Of a stretch of 32,000 bases of DNA, positions 17,984-30,351 are shown one piece after another. A model generated the notes under the pieces. That model was not told the origin of the DNA. It made no database searches and was given only the letters and a program-made list of their open reading frames with translations. This DNA comes from an uncultured Acidobacteriota bacterium (GTDB taxonomy: Bacteria; Acidobacteriota; Terriglobia; Terriglobales; Acidobacteriaceae): the NCBI GenBank assembly GCA_963696525.1, contig CAVOKO010000012.1, forward strand, positions 955,558 to 987,557, read 5' to 3'. A program made the position numbers and the translations under genes. How positions within the stretch are numbered: position 1 is the first letter of the stretch; every line of letters starts with the position of its first letter.

Positions 17984-19696
17984 ATGGAAAAGAAAGATCT
18001 CAAGCACCGTAGCCGGGCTCTTACCGAAGGCTCTCATCGCGCGCCCGCTCGCGCCATGTTCAAAGCCGTTGGCTTTGGCGACGATGACCTGCAGAAACCT
18101 CTGGTCGCGATCGCCAACACCTGGACCGAAATCGGCCCCTGCAACTTCCATCTTCGCGAACTCGCGGCGGCCGTAAAGCAAGGGATTCGCGCCGCCGGCG
18201 GCACGCCGATGGAGTTCAACACTATCTCCATCAACGACGGCATCACCATGGGGACGGAGGGAATGAAGGCCTCGCTGATCAGCCGCGAAGTGATCGCCGA
18301 TTCCATCGAACTGGTAGCCGGCGGCCACATGTTCGACGCCGTCGTGGCGCTTTCCAGTTGCGACAAGACGATTCCCGGAACCGTGATGGCGCTGGCACGT
18401 CTCGATGTCCCGTCGCTTATGCTCTACGGCGGATCGATAGCACCGGGGCAGTTTCACGGACGCCAGGTTTCCATCCAGGACGTCTTCGAGGCGGTCGGCG
18501 CAAATGCCAAGGGAATCATGTCGGACGCGGATCTCAAGGACATGGAAGACCATGCCTGTCCGGGACCCGGCGCGTGCGGCGGTCAGTTCACGGCCAACAC
18601 GATGGCTACCGCCTGCGAGTTTCTCGGAATCTCCCCACTCGGCAGCAACAGCATTGCCGCCATGGCAGAGCAGAAACGAAAGGCAGCCTACGACGCCGGC
18701 CTGCAAGTGATGGAGTTGCTCAGACAGGACATTCGCCCGTCACGGATACTCACACTGGAAGCCTTCCAGAATGCCGCCGCCAGCGTTTCCGCTTCGGGTG
18801 GTTCCAGCAATGCGGTGCTTCATCTGCTTGCGATTGCCCACGAAGTTGGCGTAGCTTTCACGATGGACGATCTTGACCGCATTTTTGCCAAGGTGCCGCT
18901 GCTTTGCGACCTGAAGCCGGGCGGACGTTACATGGCAACCGATTACGCGGCCGCGGGCGGTTCCAGGCTGCTGGCCAAGCGTCTGTCGGATCTCGGAGTG
19001 CTCAACCGCTCCGCCATTACGGCCAGCGCGCGCACCATCGGGGAAGAGGCTGACAAAGCGCAGGAAACTCCCGGGCAGGCGGTGATTCGTACGCTGGACA
19101 AGGCGATTAAGCCGAGCGGAGGACTCGCAATTCTCAAGGGCAATCTTGCGCCGGAAGGCTGCGTGGTCAAGCTTGTCGGGCATGATCGCCTTCAGCATCG
19201 CGGCCCGGCGCGGGTTTTCGAGTCGGAAGAGCAGGCTTTCGATGCGGTACAGAAGGGCAAGATCAATTCCGGCGACGTGATCGTAATCCGCAACGAGGGC
19301 CCGCGCGGCGGTCCGGGGATGCGCGAGATGCTGGCCGTAACCGGTGCGATTGCAGGCACTCCTTTGACGAAGGAAGTTGCGTTGATTACCGACGGCCGTT
19401 TTTCCGGCGCCACCTATGGCTTTATGGTGGCACATGTGGCACCGGAAGCCGCCATGGGAGGACCGATCGCGGTGGTTCGGGAAGGTGATCCGATTCTGAT
19501 CGACGCTTCACGCAAAACCATTGCAGTGGAAATTCCGCGGGCAGAACTCGAACGGCGGCTGGCTGCCTGGAAGCCAGGGCCTCCGCGCTATCGATCCGGA
19601 GTCTATGCCAAGTATGCCGCTGCGGTTTCATCCGCTTCCCGGGGCGCGGTGACCCATGCGGGCCGCGAAGCAAAAACCGCTTCCACGGTAAAGTGA
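17984..19696 (+). CDS. ilvD: Dihydroxy-acid dehydratase
   Basis: [31 protein letters not shown]...[17 protein letters not shown]...[24 protein letters not shown]...[21 protein letters not shown]. Confidence 0.98.
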   Translation: MEKKDLKHRSRALTEGSHRAPARAMFKAVGFGDDDLQKPLVAIANTWTEIGPCNFHLRELAAAVKQGIRAAGGTPMEFNTISINDGITMGTEGMKASLISREVIADSIELVAGGHMFDAVVALSSCDKTIPGTVMALARLDVPSLMLYGGSIAPGQFHGRQVSIQDVFEAVGANAKGIMSDADLKDMEDHACPGPGACGGQFTANTMATACEFLGISPLGSNSIAAMAEQKRKAAYDAGLQVMELLRQDIRPSRILTLEAFQNAAASVSASGGSSNAVLHLLAIAHEVGVAFTMDDLDRIFAKVPLLCDLKPGGRYMATDYAAAGGSRLLAKRLSDLGVLNRSAITASARTIGEEADKAQETPGQAVIRTLDKAIKPSGGLAILKGNLAPEGCVVKLVGHDRLQHRGPARVFESEEQAFDAVQKGKINSGDVIVIRNEGPRGGPGMREMLAVTGAIAGTPLTKEVALITDGRFSGATYGFMVAHVAPEAAMGGPIAVVREGDPILIDASRKTIAVEIPRAELERRLAAWKPGPPRYRSGVYAKYAAAVSSASRGAVTHAGREAKTASTVK

Positions 19697-19812
19697 GCCA
19701 GGTCTTTAGTCTTTAAGTCTCTAATTTTTTGCAACTGCCGGGTGGAGGCGTTGATGCATACCTCCAGACGGCCACAATTTACAATCAATAAGGTTTGAAA
19801 GGAACAGTCCAC

Positions 19813-20851
<1,039 letters not shown>

Positions 20852-20954
20852 AGCTGCTCGGCGCTTCTCATCGCCGTGGCCGCTGACGGATGGTGCCCAA
20901 TATCTGCTTCGGTTGCAGATGTGTGGCAGTTCAATCCTTAGAACCTGTCCGCCC

Positions 20955-20985
20955 CCCACATTCGCCGAAAAGCGGCGGATGTGGG
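20955..20985. repeat. Stable intergenic hairpin downstream of ilvC
   Basis: CCCACATTCGCCG-AAAAG-CGGCGGATGTGGG, 13-bp stem with one G-T type pair; no T tract follows. Confidence 0.6.
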
Positions 20986-21245
20986 CCGCTAGCCAGAATT
21001 TCCAGCAACGCACGTTAGGGGCACTACCCAGGGCCTTGGCCATTTGGTAAACCATGCCAGCCAGCGTACACTTGAAGCAGCGGCCAGGGGTGATTTCAGA
21101 ATAGGCGTACCAGCCCGATGGAACAAACGGGTCTGTTGGGGACCGTCATCGTGGTTCAGCACGACAGCCCAAAGCTCCTTCGCTTGACTCTGCCGCAGGG
21201 TACAGAGTTCGTGTACTTGGCATTGGATAGAGGTATTCTCAAACT

Positions 21246-22637
21246 TTGCGTTCCAGCCTAAGCATAACTGCTCGAATCGTAATTCTCGTTTGCCTCTCTT
21301 ATCTGTTCTTCATGGCGCAGCGTTTCTGGCTGAACCATGCCAATCGCATCATCAACCGCATGGGCTCGTCCCGCTGGCGGCGTTGGTGCCGGGGGCTGGT
21401 GATCACGATTCTCGGCTTCGTCATCGTGAGCTTCGCGGACCGGATCTTTCTGCGCAGTTTCCCGAGGTCCGGCTTGGTTTCCTGGGCGATGGGTTTATCG
21501 CAGCTATGGCTATTCACCTCATCGATAGCTTACCTGGCGGTGAAGCTGGTGAATGCGTTGGAGTGGTTCTGGGGGTTGCTCCCGAAACCGCGCGCCCCAG
21601 TGCTGGCGCCCGCGGCAGCGGGAGAGTGCAACGCTTCGCTCCACCCCGGCACGCGGAACCACGGCAGAGCTGGAGTTGATGCAGGGCTCGGCGACGCACC
21701 CGAGGACGCCGGGCGCAGAAAGCTGTTCCAGTATGCGGCCATGGCGGCGGCCTGCCTCCCATTTGGAGCCAGCGTTTACGGCTTTGCCAGCGAACGCCTG
21801 CACTACACCGTGCAGCGAGTCGAGCTGCCGATTCACCGTCTGCCGGCGCCGCTGGATGGCTTGCGAATCGTCCAGTTGAGCGACATTCACATCGGGGATT
21901 TCATGCCGCGCGAAGAGGTGCGCCGTGCGGTTGCCATGGCCAACGAACTGGAAGCCGACGTGGCGATGCTGACCGGCGACTACGTTACCGGCAGCCGCGA
22001 TCCACTGGAGGACTGCGCCGCCGAACTTGGCCAATTGCGAGTGCCGCTGGGCATCTGGGCCTGCAATGGGAACCACGAAATCTACGCCGGTGTAGAGGAC
22101 GAGATCGAAGCGGTTTTCCTCCGCTATGGCATGCGATTATTGCGGCAGCAAAACGTGGAGTTGCAGTGGCGCGGAGCAAAATTCAACCTGATCGGGGTCG
22201 ATTACCAGAAGGAGTTCGCGGGCCTCAGAGCCCGAGCCCCGATGCTGCCTGGGGTCGAATCGCTGATGCGGCGCGATATCCCCAATATTCTGCTCTCGCA
22301 CAACCCTAATAGCTTCCCGAAAGCCGCCGAACTCGGCATCGAGTTAAGCCTTGCGGGGCATACGCATGGCGGGCAGATTCAGATCGAAATCGTGGATCAC
22401 CGCTGGAGTCCGGCACGCTTTATGACCAGCTATGTTGCCGGGTTGTACCAGCTTCCCATGGCATCCGTTGTGGCAGGTCCCGGAGCTACCGCGAGCGAAG
22501 GCGTGCCTCTACGTCAACCGCGGATTGGGAACCATCGGCATTCCCGCCCGCTTCGGCGTCAAGCCGGAGATTTCCTTGCTAACCCTGCGTTCCGCGTGGC
22601 GTCGGACCCGCCTTTCGCGAAAGTGCATGTCGAGTGA
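21246..22637 (+). CDS. Membrane-anchored metallophosphoesterase (calcineurin-like), frameshifted near its C-terminus at about 22460-22510
   Basis: TM-rich N-terminus, then LRIVQLSDIHIGDFMPREEVRRAV...AMLTGDYVTG...GNHEIYAG...LSHNPNSFPKAAELGIELSLAGHTHGGQI; the C-terminal YVNRGLGTIGIPARFGVKPEISLLTLR is in the neighbouring frame. Confidence 0.88.
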   Translation: MRSSLSITARIVILVCLSYLFFMAQRFWLNHANRIINRMGSSRWRRWCRGLVITILGFVIVSFADRIFLRSFPRSGLVSWAMGLSQLWLFTSSIAYLAVKLVNALEWFWGLLPKPRAPVLAPAAAGECNASLHPGTRNHGRAGVDAGLGDAPEDAGRRKLFQYAAMAAACLPFGASVYGFASERLHYTVQRVELPIHRLPAPLDGLRIVQLSDIHIGDFMPREEVRRAVAMANELEADVAMLTGDYVTGSRDPLEDCAAELGQLRVPLGIWACNGNHEIYAGVEDEIEAVFLRYGMRLLRQQNVELQWRGAKFNLIGVDYQKEFAGLRARAPMLPGVESLMRRDIPNILLSHNPNSFPKAAELGIELSLAGHTHGGQIQIEIVDHRWSPARFMTSYVAGLYQLPMASVVAGPGATASEGVPLRQPRIGNHRHSRPLRRQAGDFLANPAFRVASDPPFAKVHVE

Positions 22638-22677
22638 AGCATCGCGCGATTGCCCGCTCTCCTGCTATGCTTTTTCT

Positions 22678-23501
22678 GTGACGGAATCTAAGTGGGACAG
22701 TTATGCTCGGGTGAATGCCGGTGAGCGCTATCGCGCGCAATCGGCGGCAATCGGGTCGCAAGCGACCCAGGCGATCGTGGACGAGGCGCGAATCGTGCCC
22801 GGTTTGCGCGTGCTCGACGTGGCCTGCGGTTCGGGAGAGCCGTCCATCTCGATCGCCGCCTTGATGCGGGAGCAGCGGGCACGTGGTCGGGATCGACCTG
22901 GCGGCGGCGTCCTTGCAGGTTGCTCGCGAGCGTGCCGGCGCTCGCCACCTTACCAATACGGAATTTCTCCAGGCAGACGTGCATCAGCTTCCGTTTGCGG
23001 ACTGCAGCTTCGATCGCGTGGTGAGCCGCCTGGGAGCGATGTTCTTTTCCAGTCTGGAGACCGCTCTGCGCCAGATGTACCGTGTGCTGAAGCCGGGCGG
23101 CCGCACCAGTCATCTGGCGTGGGGATCGATCGAGCAGCCCTATTTTCAATCGACCATCGGGACCGTGCTTAAGCTGTTGCCGGATCTCAGCTGTACCTGC
23201 ATCGGCCAAGGTGATGTTTCAGTTCGGCGAGCCAGGCGTGTTCGCGGCAGCTCTGGAGCGGGCCGGATTTACGAAAGTCGAGGAGAGAGTCAAGAAGGTC
23301 GCGTGGAACTGGCCGGGAACGCCCGAGGAATTGTGGGCGTACTTTCAGGATGTGACCATCCCATTCAAGCCCGTGCTGCAAGCGATTCCGGCGGACCGCC
23401 CTGATATCCACGGCGCGGTGCTCGACGCCCTGCGGGCTCATTCTGACGGCAAACAAGTCAACTTCCAGGCTGAGATCGTGCTCGCCTCGGCTTCGCGTTG
23501 A
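22678..23501 (+). CDS. SAM-dependent class I methyltransferase, with two apparent frameshifts (around 22880 and 23215)
   Basis: VTESKWDSYARVNAGERYRAQ...GLRVLDVACGSGEPSI / VGIDLAAASLQVARERAG...ADVHQLPFADCSFDRVVSRLGAMFF...MYRVLKPGGR / MMFQFGEPGVFAAALERAGFTKVEE. Confidence 0.85.
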
Positions 23502-23602
23502 GACAGGCCCAGAGTAGTGAAAGCAAACGCCGCAGCCACGGACCAGGTATCGAGGGAACAGGGAATAACGGGTCAGGTTCCGACCCCTATTCCCTTCCGG
23601 GT

Positions 23603-25108
23603 TCACAGTTTTGTGCAAACTGCCTTGGTTTCCGTATACATCTCGAGGACGTCGTGTCCCATCTCGCGTCCCCAGCCCGACTGCTTGTAGCCGCCGAAGG
23701 GCAGAGCCGCGTCGAAGATGTTGTAGCAGTTGATCCACACGGTGCCGGCGCGTAACTCCGAGGCGATCCGGTGTGCCTTGCTGATATCGCGCGTCCAAAC
23801 GCCGGCCGCCAAGCCCGTAAACGGTATCGTTGGCGCGAGGCAGAATCTCCTCGTCCTTGTGGAACGGCATGGCCGTCACCACCGGACCGAAGATTTCCTC
23901 CTGCACGACTTTCATGCTTTCGCTGGTATTCACCAACACGGTCGGCTCAACGAAGTAGCCCTTTTCGCCCATGCGTTGGCCGCCGCATAAGGCTTTGGCG
24001 CCTTCGGCCCTGCCCGCGTCAAGATAGCCGGTTACGCGGTTCAACTGCTCTTCCGAGACCAGCGGTCCCATCTGCGAGTCCTGGTTGAACCCCGGTCCCA
24101 GTTTGATCTTCTTGGCGCGTCTGGGTGACGCCGTCGACGACCTTGTCGAAGACCTTGTCCTCGACATAGAGCCGCGATCCGGCGCAGCAGCATTGGCCAT
24201 GGTTAAAGAAAATCGCACTCGCCGCGCCGGGAATGGCGGCCTCGAGGTCCGCATCGGCGAAGACGATGTTGGGCGACTTGCCTCCCAACTCCAGCGAGAC
24301 CTTCTTAAGGTTTCCGGCTGCGGCCTGCACGATCAGCTTGCCGACCTCGGTTGAACCGGTAAAGGCTATCTTGTCCACTTCATCGTGAGCGGCGAGTGCC
24401 GGCTCCGGCGGTCTCGCCGTAGCCGGGAACGACGTTGACGACCCCGTCGGGGAATCCCGCTTCCTGAATCAGCTCCGCCAGCCGCAGGGCCGTGAGCGGC
24501 GTCTGTTCGGCGGGCTTTAGCACGATGCAGCAGCCGGTGGCGAGGGCCGGACCGAGTTTCCAGGCGGCCATCAGCAGGGGGAAATTCCAGGGAATGATCT
24601 GTCCGACCACTCCGATGGGTTCGCGAACGGTGTAGGCGAGGTAGCGTGCGCCGGGGGTGTAAGGAACCGAGAGCGGAATGGTATTGCCCTCGATTTTGGT
24701 GGCCCATCCGGCCATATAACGGAACAGGTCGGCGGCCAGCGGCACATCGGCGGCGCGCGCCACGGCCAGAGGCTTGCCGTTATCCAGGCTCTCCAGTTGA
24801 GCGAGTTCTTCGAGGTTCTGCTCGACCAGATCGCCGAGCTTCCAGATCAGGCGGCCGCGCTCGGATGGAGTCATCTTGCGCCACGGCCCGCTGTCGAATG
24901 CGATACGAGCGGCCTTGACGGCGCGGTTGATGTCCTCCCAGCCGCCTTCGGCGATCTGGGCCAGCACCTGGCCGGTGGAAGGATCATAGGTTGGAAACGT
25001 TTTGCCGGAGGCGGAGTCGCGAAAGCGGCCGCCAATGAACATCTGTCGCGGCGTGGAGACAAACCCCGCGACTCGCGGGTCGGGGCTATAGGATGCTGCA
25101 ACTGACAT
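23603..25108 (-). CDS. NAD(P)-dependent aldehyde dehydrogenase, split by several apparent frameshifts
   Basis: Pieces in order on the minus strand: [24 protein letters not shown]...[61 protein letters not shown] / [14 protein letters not shown]...[19 protein letters not shown]...[13 protein letters not shown] / [20 protein letters not shown]...[13 protein letters not shown] / [44 protein letters not shown]. Confidence 0.93.
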
Positions 25109-25353
25109 GAGGTCCCTCCTCGTTGGGAGTTGGTGAGAGGAGTTAGGTCAGGCGCCAGGGACGCCACGGGAATCACCGGGCATTGCTGGGCAGGCGGACG
25201 GAAAACGGGGACGCCCGTAGGTTCCGGGCTACGGCTCAATTACCAAATATGTGGATGCCCACCTGCCACTGACAGTTGCGCGTCCCCGGCAGACCCTTCG
25301 CAGTATTTGCGGACCCCTGGAGCGGCTTCGGAGACACTGTCTCCTTCCTCAAA

Positions 25354-25395
25354 GGGTGACACACTGGAATAATTGCTCTTGGGATACACCAACCC
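25354..25395. repeat. Copy 1 of a dispersed intergenic motif
   Basis: GGGTGACACACTGGAATAATTGCTCTTGGGATACACCAACCC; matches 28068-28111. Confidence 0.65.
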
Positions 25396-25553
25396 TAACA
25401 CCGCCTTAGAGCTGTTTCAGAGTAGGTGTATCCCGAAGCTATCAATTTCCATTCCAATCGCAGGCTGGGTCGCGAGGCGGCGTGAGGGTCGATACTACAA
25501 TGAGTCGATACAATGGGGAGTGGGCAGGCGAGAGCCCGAAGCAAGGAGGCAGT

Positions 25554-26879
25554 ATGGCATACGACGTAGCCGCCGACGCACGCGCGGCGCGAGCAGCCGC
25601 ACGCGTTTTGGCCAACCTGACCTCTGTGAAGAAGAATGCCGTGCTGGCCCGAATGGCTGCTGCGCTGGAGGCTGCCTGGCCGGAACTCGAGCGGGCGAAT
25701 GCGCTGGATGTCGCGGAGGCGGAAGAGGCCGCAGCAGCCGGAGCGCTGAAGGATTCGCTGGTGGAGCGCCTGCGGCTCTCGGAAGACAAGCTGAAGCAGA
25801 TGGTGAAGAGCGTGCGCGAGGTCGAGGCGCTGCCAGATCCGGTTGGGCAGGTGCGCCTGCACAGGCTGCTCGACGACGGGCTGGAGCTGAAAAAAGTGAC
25901 GTTCCCCTTCGGAGTGGTGGCCGCCATTGTCGAAGCTCGTCCGGATGCGGTGGTGCAGCTTGCGGCGCTGGCCGTGAAGTCGGGAAACGCGCTCATGATT
26001 AAGGCCGGCGTGGAAGCGACCCGCACCTCGCAGTGCGCCGTCGACGCGATGGCGGGAGCGATCGCCGAAGAGGGAATTCCGGCCGCCGCGCTGATCTTGG
26101 TAAAGGGCCGCGATGCGGTGCGGCAACTGCTGCGTCTGAATGAGTGGATTGACTTGGTCGTCCCGCGCGGAGGCGCTGATTTGGTCCGCTACGTGATGGA
26201 GAACTCGACCATCCCGGTGCTTGGCCATGCCGACGGAGTGTGCCATATTTTCGTCGACCGCAGCGCGGATCAAGAGATGGCGCTGGAGGTCGTGCTGGAC
26301 TCGAAGGTGCAGGCTCCGAGCGTTTGCAATGCCGTGGAAACGGTGCTGGTGGACGAGGCAATCGCCGCCGAGTTCCTGCCGCGGCTCGTCTGCCATTTGA
26401 AAGCGGCCGGGGTGAAGATGCTTGGCTGTCCGCGGTCGGTCGAATTAGCCAAGGGCGAGATCGCGGAAATTGCACCGGATTCATGGCACACAGAGTATGG
26501 AGATCTGACCCTGGCAATTCGGGTCGTCGCCGGCTTGGAAGAGGCAATCGAGCACATCGAGAGCTTTGGCTCGCGCCACACCGACTGCATCGTCACCCGC
26601 GACCAGGAGACAGCCGAGCGCTTCCTGAATGCGATCGACTCAGCGAATGTTTTTCATAACGTCTCCACTCGCTTCTCGGACGGATTCCGCTACGGCTTCG
26701 GCGCGGAGGTTGGGATCAGCACCGGAAAGCTCCATGCGCGCGGGCCGGTGGGTCTGGATGGCTTGGTCACTTACCGGTACCAGCTCAGCGGCAGAGGGCA
26801 ACTGGTCCGCGATTATGTAGGCAAGGACGCCAAGCCGTTCAAACACGTCAGCATGCCTGATGCCGGTTCGGCCGGGTGA
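25554..26879 (+). CDS. proA: Gamma-glutamyl phosphate reductase
   Basis: MAYDVAADARAARAAARVLANLTSVKKNAVL...FPFGVVAAIVEARPDAVVQLAALAVKSGNALMIKAG...VPRGGADLVRYVMENSTIPVLGHADGVCHIFVD...RYGFGAEVGISTGKLHARGPVGLDGLVTYRY. Confidence 0.97.
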   Translation: MAYDVAADARAARAAARVLANLTSVKKNAVLARMAAALEAAWPELERANALDVAEAEEAAAAGALKDSLVERLRLSEDKLKQMVKSVREVEALPDPVGQVRLHRLLDDGLELKKVTFPFGVVAAIVEARPDAVVQLAALAVKSGNALMIKAGVEATRTSQCAVDAMAGAIAEEGIPAAALILVKGRDAVRQLLRLNEWIDLVVPRGGADLVRYVMENSTIPVLGHADGVCHIFVDRSADQEMALEVVLDSKVQAPSVCNAVETVLVDEAIAAEFLPRLVCHLKAAGVKMLGCPRSVELAKGEIAEIAPDSWHTEYGDLTLAIRVVAGLEEAIEHIESFGSRHTDCIVTRDQETAERFLNAIDSANVFHNVSTRFSDGFRYGFGAEVGISTGKLHARGPVGLDGLVTYRYQLSGRGQLVRDYVGKDAKPFKHVSMPDAGSAG

Positions 26880-26895
26880 CAGAACTGTCGCCTAA

Positions 26896-27831
26896 TTATT
26901 TGCCCGCCGATTGCGTTGCCGGACGCGTGATCGCCTCCCGCACTCGGGCCAGAGGCGCGTTTGCCGCGAAATCGACGCCGCCGTTCCGGTCGCGCTTTAC
27001 GCCCAGCCGGTTCCAAAGCGAAGGCAAGTCGACCGGGTAGGGCTCGTCTCGCATTTGCCGGTAGAGGTTTTCCAGAACGCGGGTGCCAGTCGCCTTATCG
27101 CCAATGGTGAGCGCCCGTTCAATCGGCCAATCCTCGGTGATCACCCCGCCTTGGCGCAGAATAGCCCGCAGTGCATCTTGAAGCCCCATGCGATTGCCTG
27201 TCTGCTCCCTGATCCGCACATCGGCGAGCAGGCAGAAGAGCGCTCCACCCCAGTAGGTGCGGCCCCAGGTGTGGGTTTGGTCCAGACCGCGATCACCCGG
27301 TTGCGGTTCGCCCTGCGGCATGTCGCGGACCAGGTTGCGCCACATCTCGGCAGCCGGCAGTTGGCCCGCCTGTACTCTTGCCACCGGCTCAACGTATGTG
27401 GCAATGCCTTCTTCGATCCAATGGTGGCTGTCGGCCATCGATGGGAAGGCAAGATGGATCATCTCGTGCGTCAGCATCCAGTCCTGCTTCAGATCGGCGA
27501 CCGTAGTCCGCGGACCCACCGAGATGCGAGTAAAGCCCTCGCCGCGAGGAAACGTCGTGCCGCTGTGAACCCCAGGACGCCCATCCATTTTCACCAGCAG
27601 CGAGTAGTGCCGAACCGGAAACTCACCGTAATAGCCGCAGACTGCGGTGGCGGCCGAGTTGATCCAGTTCAGCAGATCGCCGCGGAAAACGAATTCGGCC
27701 TCGCCGCGAAACTCGACGTCAATTCTGGCCTGGCAGATAGTCACCGTGGTGGAAGTGTCGGAAGCACGGGCGCATGCCGGCAGAAGAACAAGCGCAAGCC
27801 AGCAGGCAAATGAGAAACGGCGAGTCCACAT
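26896..27831 (-). CDS. Exported HExxH-type (gluzincin-like) putative metallopeptidase
   Basis: Signal-like N-terminus MWTRRFSFACWLALVLLPACARAS; motif WMLTHEMIHLAFPSMADSHHWIEEGIATYVEPVAR (HEMIH plus downstream E). Confidence 0.7.
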   Translation of the reverse strand: MWTRRFSFACWLALVLLPACARASDTSTTVTICQARIDVEFRGEAEFVFRGDLLNWINSAATAVCGYYGEFPVRHYSLLVKMDGRPGVHSGTTFPRGEGFTRISVGPRTTVADLKQDWMLTHEMIHLAFPSMADSHHWIEEGIATYVEPVARVQAGQLPAAEMWRNLVRDMPQGEPQPGDRGLDQTHTWGRTYWGGALFCLLADVRIREQTGNRMGLQDALRAILRQGGVITEDWPIERALTIGDKATGTRVLENLYRQMRDEPYPVDLPSLWNRLGVKRDRNGGVDFAANAPLARVREAITRPATQSAGK

Positions 27832-28067
27832 ATCGGTGATCCAATTTCGCAAAGTTATACCCCGCGAAGCGGTTCGGAAATTTTCCAAGAGCCGTGCCAG
27901 TCACACTGCATCCTTCGCTTCTGTCATCGTGAGGAGGTTTGCCGGCATCGGGGTCCCCGGCGAGGCTGGGCTCGCTGGGGTGATTAGGCGTGACGATCTA
28001 TGCATTTCACGAAGCGCCCCCGAAAAATACATGGACCCTCACGTCACGTCCTAACGGACGCTCCTCA

Positions 28068-28111
28068 GGGTGACACGATTGGATAATCACTCTTGGGATA
28101 CATTGGGACCC
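28068..28111. repeat. Copy 2 of a dispersed intergenic motif
   Basis: GGGTGACACGATTGGATAATCACTCTTGGGATACATTGGGACCC; matches 25354-25395. Confidence 0.65.
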
Positions 28112-28428
28112 AGCCATGACGCCGCTCCAATATCCGAAACCAACCCAGCAATTCGATGCCGATACCAAGCCGGAAGCAGCGATTCGGCAGCCGCAGTTGT
28201 GTAAAACGGCAAGGGCGGAGAAACGCTAGGTGAGCGCCTGGTCTGGAACACGAGTCAGCTGTCTGTGCTCGATTTCCAGTTAACGCGTTTTGCACCGGAA
28301 GGATGCCGGATTACAATCAGTGCAGCTAATCAGGATCGGGCGGGGTCGCCGGCACGCGCCGTGGCTGCGGATGTTGGGGCGGAAATCCCATCAACTAAAC
28401 GGAACGAGAATCCCATAACTCTGACTTC

Positions 28429-29223
28429 ATGATGACCAACCATACTCCTCCATTGATTGAACTGCGCAACGTCTCCGTCGCCCGCAGTGGCCGCGTGGTG
28501 TTGCACGACCTGAACTTACGCATCGAAGCCGGCGAGCACGTCGCCATCATGGGTCCCAACGGCTCTGGCAAATCGACGCTGATCAAAACCATCACGCGCG
28601 AGTTTTACCCGATGCAGGATGAGGGTTCCTCGATGAAGCTTTTCGGGCAGGAGACCTGGGATGTCTCCGAACTGCGCTCGCTGCTGGGAATCATGACCAA
28701 CGATTCGACCGGCTTTTACGTGCGTCCCATCACCGGGCGCGACGCCGTTCTCTCCGGATTTTTCAGCAGCGTTGGCCTGTGGCGGCACCAGAAGATCAAG
28801 CCCGCGATGGGCGAGAAGACCGATGAACTGATGGCCTGGCTGGAGATCGAGCATCTGGCCAAGCGGGTGATCGGCGAGATGTCGTCCGGCGAGGTTCGGC
28901 GGGTGATGATTGCCCGCGCCCTGGTTCACGAGCCGAAGGCCTTGCTGTTTGACGAGCCCAGCAACAGTCTCGACGTTTTCGCGCAAATCGAACTGCGGCG
29001 CACCATGAGCAAGCTGGCGCAATCCGGCATCGCCCTGCTGTTAATCACGCATCATCTGCCCGACGTTGTTCCCGAGATCGAGCGCGTCATCTTCATGCGC
29101 GATGGCCGCATTGTCGGCGATGGATCGAAGCCGGAGTTGCTGACCGCCGAGCGCCTGGCTTCTCTGTTCGGATGTCCGGTGCGCGTCACCACGCAAGACG
29201 GATACTACCACCTGGTTTCGTAA
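28429..29223 (+). CDS. ABC transporter-type ATP-binding protein
   Basis: Walker A GPNGSGKS, signature [14 protein letters not shown], Walker [14 protein letters not shown]-loop LLITHH. No membrane partner is visible nearby. Confidence 0.92.
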   Translation: MMTNHTPPLIELRNVSVARSGRVVLHDLNLRIEAGEHVAIMGPNGSGKSTLIKTITREFYPMQDEGSSMKLFGQETWDVSELRSLLGIMTNDSTGFYVRPITGRDAVLSGFFSSVGLWRHQKIKPAMGEKTDELMAWLEIEHLAKRVIGEMSSGEVRRVMIARALVHEPKALLFDEPSNSLDVFAQIELRRTMSKLAQSGIALLLITHHLPDVVPEIERVIFMRDGRIVGDGSKPELLTAERLASLFGCPVRVTTQDGYYHLVS

Positions 29224-29297
29224 AGAACGTTTCAAAGTTTCAAGTTTCAAATTGATGCGGTTGCGAAACTTTGAAACCTTGAAACTTTGAAACTGCC

Positions 29298-30297
29298 TCA
29301 CGTGCAATCGAGCACCGCGGCGCCGCGGATAGCGTCGTTCTTCAGTGAATTCAGGGCGCGGTTCGCCTCGCGCAGAGGGTAGACCTGCACTTGGGTCTGG
29401 ATAGGAATCTCCGCCGCGATGCGGAGAAACTCCGCGCCGTCCTCGCGGGTATTGTTGGTCACGCTGCGAACCACGCGTTCCTGATAGAGCAGGTTGTAGT
29501 CGAGCGGCGGTATCGTGCTCATGTGGATTCCCCCGAGCGCCAGGACTCCGCCTTTGCGCAGGGCTTTCAGTGCCGCCGGAACGATCTCCCCAGCGGGCGC
29601 GAAGATGATTGCGCTGTCGAGTTTCACGGGAGGTTCCGCCGTCGTGCCGCCGGCCCAGACCGCTCCTGAGTTCGAGCGCGAGCTGCTGATGGCGCCGATC
29701 GCGCGTCGCCGCGTAGACTTCCACCCCCCAGTGGCGCGCCACCTGAATGGCTAGATGTGCGGCGGCGCCAAAGCCGTAAAGCCCCAGCTTGCCGCCAGGC
29801 TTGATCGCGGAAAGCCGGAGCGAACGGAAGCCGATGATGCCGGCGCAGAGTAGCGGCGCGGCTTGGTGGTCATGGAACGATTCGGGGATCGCGTAAATCC
29901 ATCCCTCGGGCGCAACGGCGTACTCCGCATAGCCACCGTCGACCGTGTAGCCGGTGAAAGCAGGCTGGTCGCACAGGTTCTCCAGCCCTCTCCGGCAGTA
30001 TTCGCAGACTTGGTCGGTATGGTGCAGCCACGCTATGCCTACTCGCGCGCCCACCTGGAAACGATGCGCCCCTTCGCCAAGTTCAGAGACCACGCCAACC
30101 ACCTGATGACCCGGAATGAGTGGAGACTTGAGGGGCGGCAACTCGCCTTCGATGACATGCAGGTCGGTGCGGCAGACCGCACAGGCGCGAACCCGGAGCA
30201 GCACTTCGCCTCTGCCCGGCCTAGGCGTGGCCGTATCGGTGAAGACCAGCGGATTGGTTTCAACTGGCGCTACCGCATGCAGCAGACAAGCCTTCAT
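29298..30297 (-). CDS. Zinc-dependent alcohol dehydrogenase, with an apparent frameshift around 29630-29700
   Basis: [21 protein letters not shown]...[39 protein letters not shown]...[28 protein letters not shown]; the C-terminal part [29 protein letters not shown]...[19 protein letters not shown] is in another frame. Confidence 0.9.
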
Positions 30298-30351
30298 TCA
30301 GCACCAAGCGCAAAGCCAGGACAAAATATAGCGCACTCTGCCACGAAGCGC

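Noticed and set aside
23187-24254. 355-aa minus-strand ORF taken as one protein
   Set aside because: Only its middle ([16 protein letters not shown]...GPVVTAMPF...) is real aldehyde dehydrogenase sequence; the ends are out-of-frame artefacts of frameshifts and antisense overlap with the methyltransferase.
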